A stretch of DNA of 63,002 nucleotides, the filler included, from Circinaria calcarea (lineage: Eukaryota): assembly GCA_051942165.1 (NCBI GenBank). It is 40 parts of 40 records of this genome, joined end to end, with 100 filler letters (N's around TTAATTAATTAA, not from the genome) between each part and the next. Parts side by side here need not be neighbours in the genome. Positions count along the whole stretch, not along the records: positions 47,444 to 48,913 come from JAVECS010004671.1; positions 49,014 to 50,481 come from JAVECS010004672.1; positions 50,582 to 52,049 come from JAVECS010004673.1; positions 52,150 to 53,615 come from JAVECS010004674.1; positions 53,716 to 55,181 come from JAVECS010004675.1; positions 55,282 to 56,746 come from JAVECS010004676.1; positions 56,847 to 58,311 come from JAVECS010004677.1; positions 58,412 to 59,875 come from JAVECS010004678.1; 32 more parts are not named here. One strand, given 5' to 3'. Below the pieces are notes generated by a model. It saw only the letters and a list, made by a program, of their open reading frames with translations, did no database searches and was not told the origin of the DNA. Made by a program: the position numbers and the translations under genes. This document shows, piece after piece, positions 48,008 to 60,430 of this stretch. Every line of letters starts with the position of its first letter. Positions within the stretch are counted from its first letter, which is position 1.

Positions 48008-48913
48008 ATGACAATGCCGCAGTTGGCACGCTATTGTGTTCCCCTTACCTCTCTCTACCCGCCAAGATGTACACTTCAGACCCGATCATTCACCCAAGCC
48101 GCTCCTTGTTTGGTGCAGGCAAGATCTGCAATGCCAAAGATGCGGGAATTACCACAGAAGAGTATGCGCGTGGTTCAGAAGGAGGAGGCTGCCAAAGGGA
48201 ACCTGTTACCGAACGACCTAGGTCTCTTAATGGGTATAGGGTATCTGCGATCGGTGATTGCATTGTACTCTACTGACGGTCACGGATACTAGGAACGTTG
48301 ATCATGCCTACCGGCGCGAACAAGCCCTCGATCTTTCAGCTGCCGAGGGAGAGGTTTAAACTGGAATGGCACAGACTCAAGACGCGGATCACAGACCTCG
48401 GAGGGTAGGTTCGTCACTGCTCTCTCTGCGCTCTACTCGCTTCAAAGGGCCATTGTTATCCGCTAATTCAGGCTGTCAACATACAGAGTCATTTACTATA
48501 AGTACGGGGTCGTCACGAAACCTAATCCGCGCCCTAAACTCGCCGTGAGGAACACCGGGCGGATAGCGAGCGCACTCCACGCACAGATGTACACAGCCTT
48601 CGCCGAGTAGGTCCCTGCTCCTTTCTTCGGGCAATTTCTGCCTTTGCGAACCTGCTAATCCGAGGTCAACGTCGCTAGCGGAGACGTCCCCACTCTCAAG
48701 CAAAGTTGCACAGAAGGTCTGTTCGCCTCCTTCCGGTCCCGTATCTCCACCCGCCGCTCCGGCGAACGTTTCCGCTGGACCCTTCACAAGCACATTCGTC
48801 GGCCAAAAGTAGTGTCCCACCGTGCAGTGCTGATACCTGGAGTCAAGGGTGCTGCGTTACGGCAGGCCGTTGTGAGCTTGTGGACCCGACAGAGCCTGGC
48901 GAGGATCGGACCC
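48008..48913 (+). CDS. Mitochondrial Tim44-like domain protein (Mba1/mL45-like), multi-intron, 3'-partial
   Basis: Presequence-like N-terminus; LPNDLGLL(G)TLIMP, MYTAFA, GLFASFRSRI..RWTLHKH, KVVSHR, LRQAVV. Confidence 0.7.
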
Positions 48914-49013
48914 NNNNNNNNNNNNNNNNNNNNNNNNNNNNNNNNNNNNNNNNNNNNTTAATTAATTAANNNNNNNNNNNNNNNNNNNNNNNNNNNNNNN
49001 NNNNNNNNNNNNN

Positions 49014-50000
49014 TGACCATTTTCGCTGTCAAGTTCTCGTTCCTGTTCTTTTTTCGGACCCTTGTGAGACGATTGAAGAAGTTGACGATATGGTGGTGGT
49101 TTACTCTCGCGGTCATGATTCCGGTTGCCGTCACTGATATAGCGGCAATCTATATGGGCTGTCCTCAAGTGGCATCAGGTCAGTAGTACCCGTCAATGTC
49201 CTGCGGCACATATCGCGCTAATTCTTTACAGCAACATGCCTCACATTCGAGGTGAAGCGAAATCAGGCGATGATCCTCCATTATACCATAGCCTCAGATG
49301 TATTAACAGACGCCATGCGTAAGCTTCTCCCTCCCGCTGATGACTAACCAATCACTAAAATCATCCCTCAGTCATCTCAATCCCTGTTATGCTCCTCTGG
49401 CAGTCTCAGCTCAAGCTCCGCCAGAAACTTGTGCTAGGAGCAACACTCTCCCTTAGCATTTTCATGATCATCATCACTATCATCCGCGGTAGCATAGCAC
49501 GAGTTGTCAACGGAGCAGTCGACACGACCTGGCAAACCTTCTGGCTCGAAACCGAAGCCTGCGTCGGAATCATCATGGTTTCCATGACCGCTGTACGGAC
49601 CCTCTTCGTTGCGGACACGTCCAAAAAGAATCCACCCAACAACGTGCCAGTGGGCGAATATCGGCGCCAGAGCGCATGGAAGAAGAATCTGCTATGGGAC
49701 TTTTCGCCCGGTGACAGACAGCCCATGATCGAGAAGGGATCCGGCGTCTGGAAGAAGAAGAGAGTGCCTGCTGGGTTGCTGCCGAGCTTCCACGGCGGGG
49801 GCGCAACGATGACGGGGATGCGGACGATGATCCGGGAGAATGGACGGACCACTCAGGGGTCTTTCGGTTCAGAGGATATGGGCTTTCCGCTGCAGAGTGG
49901 TGGGGAGGAAGGGGAAGTCAGGTGGACGCTTAGCGGTTCGACGCTGCGGGAGGCGAGATCGGCGAGCGGCGAAGAAATCACGGGGACAGCGATCTCTTAA
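49014..50000 (+). CDS. PTH11-like integral membrane protein, 5'-partial, multi-intron
   Basis: AVKFSFLFFFRTL, SDVLTDAM..IPVMLLW..LKLRQK, FWLETEACVGIIMVSMTAVRTLF. Confidence 0.88.
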
Positions 50001-50581
50001 TATAGACCATAGAATAGTTTTGTACCTTCTTTTCTTTTAGGAAAATAATTTAATACCATTCTAATTTGGTTTTTGGCAAATTACCCTCAAACCCCGTTCG
50101 TTCGTTCATACATGGCCCATCCCTCCCTCCGTATCCCACACAGCGCCCCGTAACTTTCCCCCTTTCTCCGCACCAGTTCTCATTCGCCCATTCCATTTCG
50201 TTTTCTTTCTAGTAGTCTACGCGCGGGGGAGAAACCCACGAGAGCGAAGCCGTGCCGTATAAATTCTCGGTTGGTTTTTTCCGCACATACTTCCATCCAT
50301 TACTCGCTTTTCCAGAACCTCCAATAACCACAAAACCCCTCCCCCCGGTTCGCCGTTTGGGGCGTTCACCACCCCCGAAATTCCAGTGGGATTTTTTTTA
50401 AAAGGTCGGTCGAGATAGTTGGATGGAGGGAATTTTTGCGGTGTGGGGATTTTTCGTGGGGGATAGTAAGCCGTTGGGGGGNNNNNNNNNNNNNNNNNNN
50501 NNNNNNNNNNNNNNNNNNNNNNNNNTTAATTAATTAANNNNNNNNNNNNNNNNNNNNNNNNNNNNNNNNNNNNNNNNNNNN

Positions 50582-50687
50582 ACCAAATGTACTGTATACT
50601 CCGTAAATGAGATAGTTAAGAAAAAACGGGCAAGTCGTCCGGTTTTTTCTTAACTATCTCATTTACGGAGTATACAGTACATTTGGT
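50582..50687. repeat. Perfect 46-bp inverted repeat with a 14-nt loop
   Basis: 50582-50627 is the exact reverse complement of 50642-50687. Confidence 0.95.
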
Positions 50688-51519
50688 AGCGGGGGTGGGG
50701 AGGGGGGAAATGAAATTCAACAATTACAGGGACTTCCGAAATTGAGCCTTTTCTATGTTATGGCCGATGCTGTGGATCGCTAAGGGTATCGAGTCACGTT
50801 CCTTGGGCCGGCCCCGTCACGGGCCATTTCTTTAAAGGTGGAAAATATCAAATCGAGGCGATATTGGGAATTGAAAAAGTCCTAAAAGTCTGCAATGTAC
50901 GGAAAGCAGTGAATCAAAGATTTTATAAAGTTCCCACCTTCCCGCCCATGCAATGTAAAAATTCCGAAATCCGGATTTCCCTACAGAGGACCGGGTAAAT
51001 TACCTTCAGAATAACCCGGACGACCTTTCCCCTTCCCTCAGACGACCTTCCCCCCTAATCGCGGTGGGGAAAACGCCCTGAGACTTTAGTAGTTATCACT
51101 AATTTAGAGGCTGCTTGCACGTAAGCAATTTCTGACGGTTACCAACTAAACTGGGGGGTCGGCCGTCAATTTTTCCACACCACCCCTCGATTGCTGTCTG
51201 TCTGTCTGATTCACCACCCCCCCACCCCTTTCCCTTTCCTCTCCCTCCTCACAACCCCACCCTAGCGTTAGGCTTCTAGAAAGCCAAGGAGAAGAGCCCT
51301 ACTGGGAGGGAGAACGAGAGAAGAAAAAGTGAATAATGAACCCGGGTGTGAGGGGAGAAAAGGGGGGCGCCAGACTACCTATACTAGAACTTACTTTTTT
51401 ACTTCTTACTTTGGACATTCTTCCCCCTTAGCTCCAAAATCTCCGGTTTTCCCACTTACGCTCAGGCTCGAACCCGAACCCGAACTCGATTCTTCTTTCT
51501 CGATATTACGGTGGCATGA

Positions 51520-52049
51520 TGTTATGGCGCGACGCCATACCCTGGCAGGCCGAGTGCCGGAACGGAGGAACCAGGGAGCAGAGGGAGCACGTCACGTGTT
51601 AAGGCTCCCGGTGGCTCCCGGTGGCTCCCAGGGATCCCAGGGAGCAATGGGATCATTGGGGAGCCCTGTGATTATATATATAGATTATTCGGCGCTCTTT
51701 AGAATAGTATGCTTATAGAACCATAACGAGTGTTATGGCGCAACGCCATACCCTGGCAGGCTGAGTGCCGGAACGGAGGAACCAGGGAGCAGTGGGAGCA
51801 CGTCACGAGTTATGCTCCCGGTGGCTCCCAGGGATCCCAGGGAGCAATGGGATCACTGGGGAGCACTATTGCTATATAGGCAGACTATTCGGCGCTCTTT
51901 AGAATAGTATGCTTATAGAACCATAACGAGTTCAATATACTCCTTTTATATTGAGCCTAGGGCAACAGTTCAACTACACCCTATGTAACCGTGCTATCAC
52001 CAATCGGGACTTATCATATTCCTCAATAGGCCCCAAGGATTGCAGCGCC
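51520..52049 (+). mobile_element. Two nested/tandem family A LTRs (51520-51730; 51731 to contig end)
   Basis: The second TGTTATGGCG starts inside the first, after CCATAACGAG. The first is immediately preceded by TACGGTGGCATGA (family C terminus). Confidence 0.9.
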
Positions 52050-52149
52050 NNNNNNNNNNNNNNNNNNNNNNNNNNNNNNNNNNNNNNNNNNNNTTAATTA
52101 ATTAANNNNNNNNNNNNNNNNNNNNNNNNNNNNNNNNNNNNNNNNNNNN

Positions 52150-52321
52150 AGAATAATTGGCGCTACGAAAGGTTAGCAAGGAACCTTCTGATGTTAGAAA
52201 GACTGAAAAGCAGAAGGTTCGGAGGTCAATAGCTGCTATAATAGAGGAGGAGGTTGAAAAGGAGGTTAGAGTCACGTCACATGGAAGGCTTGTTCATAGG
52301 CCTAAGTATTTAGATGATTAA
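52150..52321 (+). pseudogene. Probable pogo/Fot1-type transposase C-terminal relic
   Basis: E*LALRKVSKE...EEEVEKEVRVTSHGRLVHRPKYLDD* resembles the TRxGRxxxxPxxY tail. The internal TAA is consistent with CAA>TAA. Confidence 0.5.
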
Positions 52322-53209
52322 TTTATATATGACCAATTCTTATTCACATTTATTTAATCTATAATATATTTAATTTTTACAGCGCCAATTGCTCTTGTTG
52401 TTCTATAATAATCAATTATTGAAAATTGGGGGGGGGGACATACTGCGGCATTTAACCGGATGCGGCATAGCTTAGGGATATCTGGTAGATGTCCCGATTG
52501 GGGATAGCTCGGGTTGTCTTTTGACGTCCGAGAGTCAGACAAAGCTCAGCACACGATAGATCCACCGACCTTGGTATACTAAGAGCATAAGTAAGGGCAT
52601 CGTCTATAATTACGGGAGCAATAGCTCTTCAATGCATGAGCATGTATCTTCAGATTGACTTTGCAAAGTACTCGGACAAGGCGGCGCTCCTCTCGTTTTG
52701 ACCCGTAACTTTTGAAACAATCGAAATCTTTCTTTACTTGAGCTGTTCGAATGACAGTAAGGTGATACTGGAGACTTTACGATATTCCGTGATAGGTATT
52801 TTAGAAAGGAGAGTGATTTTTGGTCCCGTTTATCCCGTGCCGTCGTAATGGTCAAAAGTGCTTGCGCCGGCGATAAAGGCTTCACAGCCAGTCTTTCCTT
52901 GAACGAGCATCCTGAGTCTTCTGTACATTCTTTTATTCTGTATAAGTCTATATTGTTTGTTCTTTAAGGTTAATTGAACGTGAAGACTTCCTTGTAGCTA
53001 CATTCTCTTTGGCTTATATATTGTACTTCCAAGGTTCTCTGATTCTTCCTGTTGATTCGAAAGGTATGCTGATTCTTCGAAACTGTAACTCCAAGCGATA
53101 GAATACTGACTTATTACTAAAGTTTGAGAGCAATCAGATTGCAGCTGCGAAGAGTCTACTTCGACGCAACATACTACGAAGAAAGGTGTTCCCGATGCCG
53201 TCCAAGCAC

Positions 53210-53615
53210 AAGCCTTTTAGGCTGGAGCCACTCTTGATACAGTGCTATGTGCAGAAACAATTCCTGGTCCAACATTCTACGACTATAACGCAACGACGAA
53301 AAAGGATTCAATCAAGACCTTAGCAGATGCGGGCCTCAACGCTTTTTGGTAGAGACCTTTCCTCGTCGGTGCCTAGGTCCCACGATATTCGACAATGCAC
53401 ATAATCCCACAGGACAAGAGCTGCTATTTCAGCTTGACTTTGGCTGTATCGATCTCAAGGTAAAGCCACCCAGCAAGTTATTACCTTGGGAATGAAGGTT
53501 CAACTCATAATCAACCAAGGTCTGGTCATTCCTACAGAATGGGAAAAATATACATACCACGAAATGCTCCTAGCTGTGCAAAAGGATACCAAACGCAAGT
53601 TACAACCTTTTCTCG
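53210..53615 (+). pseudogene. Frameshifted glycoside-hydrolase-like (GH53-like) fragment
   Basis: AGATLDTVLCAE, DSIKTLADAGLNAF, DFGCIDLKVK, LGMKVQL..IPTEW occur in order but in different frames. Confidence 0.4.
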
Positions 53616-53715
53616 NNNNNNNNNNNNNNNNNNNNNNNNNNNNNNNNNNNNNNNNNNNNTTAATTAATTAANNNNNNNNNNNNNNNNNNNNNNNNNNNNN
53701 NNNNNNNNNNNNNNN

Positions 53716-54761
53716 AGCGTCGGGGAGACAAGGAAAGTAGGCGATCGGGTTGGGATAAAATGGATTGCTGCCGTCTGCGGGAGCTGCCGTATGTCGGTCC
53801 TTTGCCAACGGTCTTATCCTAAAAGCTGCATGTTAGAGCTTGGCTAATCCCAAATATGACACCATCAGTGGCCTGTCTCGAAGGCATCGAGCCACTGTGT
53901 TTTAATCAAAAAGTCAGCGGTTATTATAACCCCGGCACATTCCAGCAATACGTCCTCTCATCAGCCAAGTATTTCTTCCCTTCCCGTTCAAATCATCCAC
54001 CTCGGGTCGCCACTAACTATACCAGCTACGTAACCCCCATCCCCGACTCCCTCTCCTCCGCCGCCGCCGCTCCCTTGCTCTGCGCAGGCATAACCTCCTA
54101 CACCGCCCTGCGCAAATCCGGCGCCAAATCCGGCCAATGGGTCGTTATCTCTGGCGCAGGTGGCGGTCTGGGTCACCTTGCCGTACAAATTGCCTCCCGA
54201 GGTATGGCTCTGCGCGTCGTCGGGATTGACGCCGGCCCCAAGGAGAAAGTCGTCCTCGATTCCGGCGCCGAACATTTCATCGACGTCACGGCTCATGACG
54301 ATGCTAGCATCGAAGCTGAAGTCAAGAAATTGACGGGGGGCCTAGGTGCGAGTGCCGTGATTATATGCGCGGGGAGCAATAAAGCGTACGCGCAGGGCAT
54401 GAATCTCCTGCGGTTCAGTGGTACCCTCGTCTGCGTGGGCGTGCCAGAAGGGGAGCTCCAAGGTATCGCGACGGCGTACCCGTCTGTGATGGTAGCGCGA
54501 GATACCAGAATCGTAGCGTCTGCGGTAGGGACGCAGAAAGATGCGCTAGAGACGCTGGATTTGGCGGCGAGGGGGTTGGTCAAGGTGCATCACCGGGTGG
54601 AGAAGATGGAGAAGTTGACCGAGGTGAGTTTGGGCAGTTTTCCTGGATGAAAATTGTGACCTTGGTGATTAGAGAATACTGATTATCTCTCCCTTGCATA
54701 GGTCTTTGAGGAAATGGCCGAGGGGAAATTGATCGGGAGGGTGGTGCTGGATTTGCAATAG
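53716..54761 (+). CDS. Zn-dependent alcohol dehydrogenase (ADH1-like MDR), 5'-partial, three introns
   Basis: KVGDRVGIKW..CGSC, AAPLLCAGITSY, GAGGGLGHLAVQ; last exon VFEEMAEGKLIGRVVLDLQ*. Confidence 0.95.
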
Positions 54762-56846
54762 AAATTAGGAGGTGTAAGGATCCTTTACGAATAGTATAAC
54801 GATCTTACGAATCAGGGTCGGTAAACTGTGGGATAATCTGCTCAATTTCGTTCGCACAGCGTATGAATTATCACTAAAGAATTCTGGTACAACGCTTCGC
54901 GAGAAAACCTCCCTCACTCACTAAATCAATACCCCATGACCTCGGTATATAATTCACCCGTAGGGTTTCGTAGAGATCCTCTGATAGAGGGAAACCCTTA
55001 TAGGATGGCCCAGGGGGAGGAAAAAGTCTTTTGTTGTTGCGGGGTAAACAAAAACCCATGGAAAACTCCGTTTGCTCTTTGCTCTTTGCTCTTTAATTAT
55101 TAATTAGTTGATTAGTTTGTTATGGTGTATAACAAACAGTTCGTTCTGTTAATATAACATCATGTGGTATCTATCTCATATNNNNNNNNNNNNNNNNNNN
55201 NNNNNNNNNNNNNNNNNNNNNNNNNTTAATTAATTAANNNNNNNNNNNNNNNNNNNNNNNNNNNNNNNNNNNNNNNNNNNNAAGGAAGGAAAAGGAGAGA
55301 AAAGGGGACAACACCACTTTTTCCCTTTTAACTCCCCTCTCCTTCTCTCTCTTTTACCTTGCTTTTATTTAAGCAAGCAAGCATGTATAATGACATATAT
55401 ATTATTATTTAAATATTATAAACTCCTCTAAGAACGAAAGCATACGGCGAAAAAATCGTTTTTAGAAAAGCCCAAAAAAAGGGGGTAGTGGAGAGTGTGG
55501 AGTTATAGCATTATATATGTTTCTATCTGTAGGTAGGTAACACGTGAGGTGGGTAAAGTAAGCCTTTGTGACTTCCAAGAGAAGCGGGAGGGGGAGAGAT
55601 AAGGGAATTAGGGGAAAGGGAAAGGGAAAGGAAAGGGAGGTGAGGAGAAAACAAAGATGGTATATCCGTTCCCAGTGTTGCCTTCGCCAAATACCAGTGC
55701 TAATGCCAAATACATATCTGGATCTAGATCTGGATCTGGATTCTTTTTCCTTTTGCTATGTCTATAGTGTGCGAAGGAAGCGAACTGACCCTATCTAATC
55801 TTTCTTAGAATACTAAGCGTTGAAACCCCCAATTTCACCGGTGGCAAAAATCCTGTCGAGATCGAGGGAAAACAAACAGAATCATGAAATCTTAGAATAA
55901 GGGGAAGGGGGGAGTAGGAAACGAAAAGGGTAGTGGCAGGCAGAGTTTGCGAGGGTAGGACTTAAGAAACGGTTGGGGGGTGATGTTTTAGTTCGGAAAA
56001 GTTATTGGAAATCTAGTGAAAAGCGTGCTGGCTGGATTTGTGCAGAAAGAAAAGCTTTAGCCTCCTAGAATCAGCATTATTCCGTGCAGCCGCATTCCCG
56101 GGGGATTTCTGGGAAGCCCCCCTTTTTTTTTAAACTCGTTTGGCTGTCTCCGTATCAATGTGGGCAAATGGACAAAAACTGCAATGGTTATGACTGTTTG
56201 TTAAATATGGCCGGAAGTTATATATACGGTAGTAAGATCGATAGTTTCAAATCCCTTTTTCTATGTTCAGGCAACACGCGTGATCGGTGAGTATTTTCAC
56301 CGAGAGCTTGCAGGATTTCGAAATTGGCAGCCCCCCAATTCCTTTCCCTATTTGTACTATTATCCATAAAGAGAAAAACACACACGACACTGGGGCGAAT
56401 TCCCACAGATTATCCAAAAGAAAGGTTCGACATCTGTGCTTGCTTCCTGCATCCGGAATCCCGGAAATCCTCGAATCAGGCTGATGGATAGGATAAAGTA
56501 CTCCAAAACTATGGATTGTACGACCCTGTGAAACTGCTGGTTGATACCGTCCGGGAGTTGAGGTAGGATTATTAGAGGAAGTAGTAGTTTATCGGTTGGA
56601 CTGGATGGAAAATTAGGCTTCTGGATCTGAAAAGATGACTATCTCGGGCGAGAATAGACTGGTGTCGAATGTGTTAGATCTGAAGGCCGTTCCCGGGAGT
56701 TATTCCGAAATTTCTTACCTACGCTCTTGATCCCCAACCCCCGCAGNNNNNNNNNNNNNNNNNNNNNNNNNNNNNNNNNNNNNNNNNNNNTTAATTAATT
56801 AANNNNNNNNNNNNNNNNNNNNNNNNNNNNNNNNNNNNNNNNNNNN

Positions 56847-57985
56847 CAAACTCCCCAGCCAAGCTGCTGCGAACATGTCACCAGGTCGATGAAGAGCTCT
56901 CGCCTTTAGTTTACGGGATTCCGGTGTTTTATCTATACGCACCGCATCATGCATATCAATGGGTTGCCTCCTTAGGTGCCCGGAACAGCGGGTTGATCCG
57001 CAAGTTGATATTAAGAGGATCATTCCTCTCGATGGATGCCGATGGGCCCGGGCGATTGCTGGCCGTTGAAACCTGGGCTATCGTGCTTCATGCAATGCCA
57101 AATTTACGCCAGTTAACGTTTGACCACGAGAGTGACGGACCAAACTGGTCGGACCTTGCTTATCGGCATCCCGGGCATAATGAGTACTCCTTCTCTTTGA
57201 GTGGTGCAATTCAAGACTTGACGAAGCTGGAAAGCCTGAGCTATCTAGGAGGGCGATATTGCAACTTGGAGTTGTTGAAAAGCAAACCGGAGCTTCGCTC
57301 ATTCAGAATCACCCAGGCCACACTGATCACAAAGGGCCCCATGGGTGATTATCAGAAGGAGCTACGCTTTCTCAAGATTCTAGAGCTTGGCAACATGTTC
57401 GCTTATGAGGGTTGGCGGACTGAATGGAATTGGCAGCCACTGGTTCCAGCAACGTATCACTGGTTGCCCGACATGTATTACTGCAAAGCACAGGCGCTTC
57501 TACTGATGGAGATATTAGAAGGAACCTCAAGACTAAGTGTGGCGGTAAGGCATGATCTAGGTACGCTCACGAGATCGACGATGGCAGCAGGTGTCAATCA
57601 CCTCAACTGGCTACTCTCAAACGTTCCCAATCTGACCTATCTCGGTCTGGAATACGGTGCAGACTCTTCGTCGATTGCAGTAATACCTGAAAGTGTACAG
57701 TATCTAGCCTTGGCTATTTCCGGGTCAGAAAATGCGAGCAGAATGGCGCATCAGCTGGGTAATCTCAAAGTACGTTGCAAGAACCTTCGGTCGCTAGGAG
57801 TCATGATTACCCATTACGATAAAGGATTCAATGGCTTTACGGCAGATCAGGGGAATCCTCTGAATCAAGCCTTGCAATCACTGCGGAAGGCAGGGGTCGA
57901 TGTACAGGTTGTTATCAGGAAGCGAAGGGGGGCTATGGAGGAGTACGACACTGATCATATCGATCAAAGTGGTCTGATCCCCTGA
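56847..57985 (+). CDS. Hypothetical protein with degenerate LRR-like segments (F-box/RNI-like)
   Basis: ORF of 353 aa with MPNLRQLTF, LTKLESLSY, VPNLTYLGL, CKNLRSLGV. Confidence 0.65.
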
Positions 57986-58411
57986 TTGTACGGCCTGCAT
58001 TCGTCTGAGAGTCTAATTCAGGTTGGTCTCGGTGATATCTTCCACTGATACAACTCTCTGTTCAGCCCATGTACTTTAGCCTACGCATGGTTTGAGGTCC
58101 GATGAAAACGTTCACGTATGTCGGGCAATCGTATTCAAGCAAGTCCAAAATATCTGAATTGAAAGAGGACTATCCCGTATTCTCCTTCACCTCTCCGGAC
58201 CCGCAGTTCAACCCAAGACAACTTCCCCAGCTGACAATAAACCAAACATCTGCCACCATACATAGAATGCCCACCTTTGTCTGCTTCATGATAAGCACAT
58301 CTCTCCCAAATNNNNNNNNNNNNNNNNNNNNNNNNNNNNNNNNNNNNNNNNNNNNTTAATTAATTAANNNNNNNNNNNNNNNNNNNNNNNNNNNNNNNNN
58401 NNNNNNNNNNN

Positions 58412-58840
58412 TGCCTCAGGCCAGGAGGTATAAGCCAGGGACTCGGATTCATCCATGTTCGGTTCGAATTGAACATCGGTGAACTTGCCCAGTGATCCGG
58501 CAAATAGTAATCGGTCAAGAGTCTGGTAATAATGGTTGAGTTTAGTCTTGGACCTCTTGACATTGATAGGCCCACGCCATTCCTCGAAAAAGTCAAGGGC
58601 GGCTTTTTGACGAGGCTCCATGGTATCAGACTCGCGTGACGAGAACTGTTCAATGGTTGCGAGGAGAACATCCGTTTTATGGCGCAGACGCTGAAACTCC
58701 GGCCTTGTGTTCTCCTTCAAGAAAGTTCCTGACCCTTTAGAGATGACATTGCGGGGCAAAGTATGACTGTCGATGGCTTTTACTGAATTGGCACAGCCGT
58801 AGCAGTATATGGCATCAGTTGATTGCTCGGTGCTAGTCAT
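58412..58840 (-). CDS. Hypothetical protein 5' part, possibly SprT-like
   Basis: Open from ATG 58840 to the contig edge. YYQTLDRLLFAGSL resembles the segment preceding fungal SprT-like domains; HExxH is not in the window. Confidence 0.45.
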
Positions 58841-59975
58841 GTTGTAGAAAGGAAAAAAGAAAACTATAGGTAGCAAAGGCAGTTGTGTGAGATAAACACC
58901 CAAGAAACGATATAGGCCTAGCCAAGAAACGAATGAGAGAAGCAAGTTGATGAAGATGATTGTATAGCTAGTACCACAGAAAGGCCGTCGAGCAACTGCT
59001 TCTATATACTCATCACGTATAAGGGATCACGGGGAAGAGCGCAGCTCTCCAGGTGTGGCTTCTACCTTCCAGGAAGACTGTGCTCACTCCACAACATACT
59101 TACCAAGCCAAGAACTTTCGAGTGAGCAATATGGGATCGGAGAAGGTCCGACGAACGGACACTTGACAAGCAGCTCTTTGTGAGATAGCTGAACGAGAAT
59201 AACTAAGACAGTACAAGCGCAGACTGGAAAGCAAAGGTCTGGACGATGGTCTATACGTCCGTAGACGACTTTAGAGATTAGAAAAGACATCTAGCAGCTT
59301 CTTCTTTGTGCGAAATAAAGGACGATCTGTAAACATATCCAAGCCTTGGATTATTCTGTCGACACCCGGACGAGCGCACACGGACCATACTGGCCTATCT
59401 TTTCCCACCCTAATGAAATGACTGCGTCGTTGGCCATTTTCACGGCGGTCAGCACAATCATAACGCTGGATGGCGTGGAGTTGGACCTTGGCGGTTACAG
59501 CGCCGACATGCTGTTATAATCACCGGCGTCTAATCTGCCCTGACATTTTGTTACTCCTTAGCATATACTACCAATGCCAATTCGTTGCCCAAAGATTTTG
59601 GCTGAGCTTGTTCCGGGCTCCTTGCGGTAGGCGGTGGAGGATCATGGGAATGAGTCCTGTGGGAGTAGTTAGGACTTTGCCATTGGATTGATCCGCTGTA
59701 GAAACTAACCGTATCCATTGGTACCAAGCGTGTGGTTGGGGTTTCTTCGAGCTCTCGTAAGCATCAATATAAGTTGTCAAGGAGAAACTTCTTGGAGAAT
59801 AACATCGCAGTGAATCAGCAGAGTAACTGGCCGTCTAATTGTCAAAATGTATTTTCACAATTTGAAAAGTGCATCNNNNNNNNNNNNNNNNNNNNNNNNN
59901 NNNNNNNNNNNNNNNNNNNTTAATTAATTAANNNNNNNNNNNNNNNNNNNNNNNNNNNNNNNNNNNNNNNNNNNN

Positions 59976-60430
59976 CAAAGCCTTTATCGGAGTGATCATA
60001 TCCAATGTCCTTGATTGTATTACGAATGACTTTTTGAAAATCGAGAGATGCCTTGGTTGTGATTTCGCCAAACACCATAATCATCCCTGATTAGAAATCA
60101 GCACTGCATACAAGCAAGAGCGTAACACTTGCCAGTCTTCGTGGCAGTCTCGCAAGCCACCTAGATATGGTGAGTGCCATAAGCTGTGTCGGAGAAATGG
60201 TTGATCATACCTTGGACAGAGGATCCTCAGCCAGACAAGCATCCAAGACTGCGTCGGACACCTGATCGCTGTAAATGGAGTATCAGTACGCATTCCCTTA
60301 GAGGGTGAGTGAGGATTTACGCAATCTTATCAGGATGCCCTTCACCAACAGACTCGGACGTGAAGAGAAAGGTGCTCTTCTTGGGGCCATGGACCCCATT
60401 GGGGGTGCCATTGCTTGCACTGCTGACCAT
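59976..60430 (-). CDS. SAM1: S-adenosylmethionine synthetase, 5' part; introns 60269-60320, 60161-60210, 60087-60132 (GC-AG)
   Basis: [67 protein letters not shown]. Not in the ORF track. Confidence 0.97.

Noticed and set aside
60255..60280. METTL16 target motif at the SAM1 intron 1 acceptor
   Set aside because: It reads UACAGCGAU, not UACAGARAA, and no supporting hairpin is evident.
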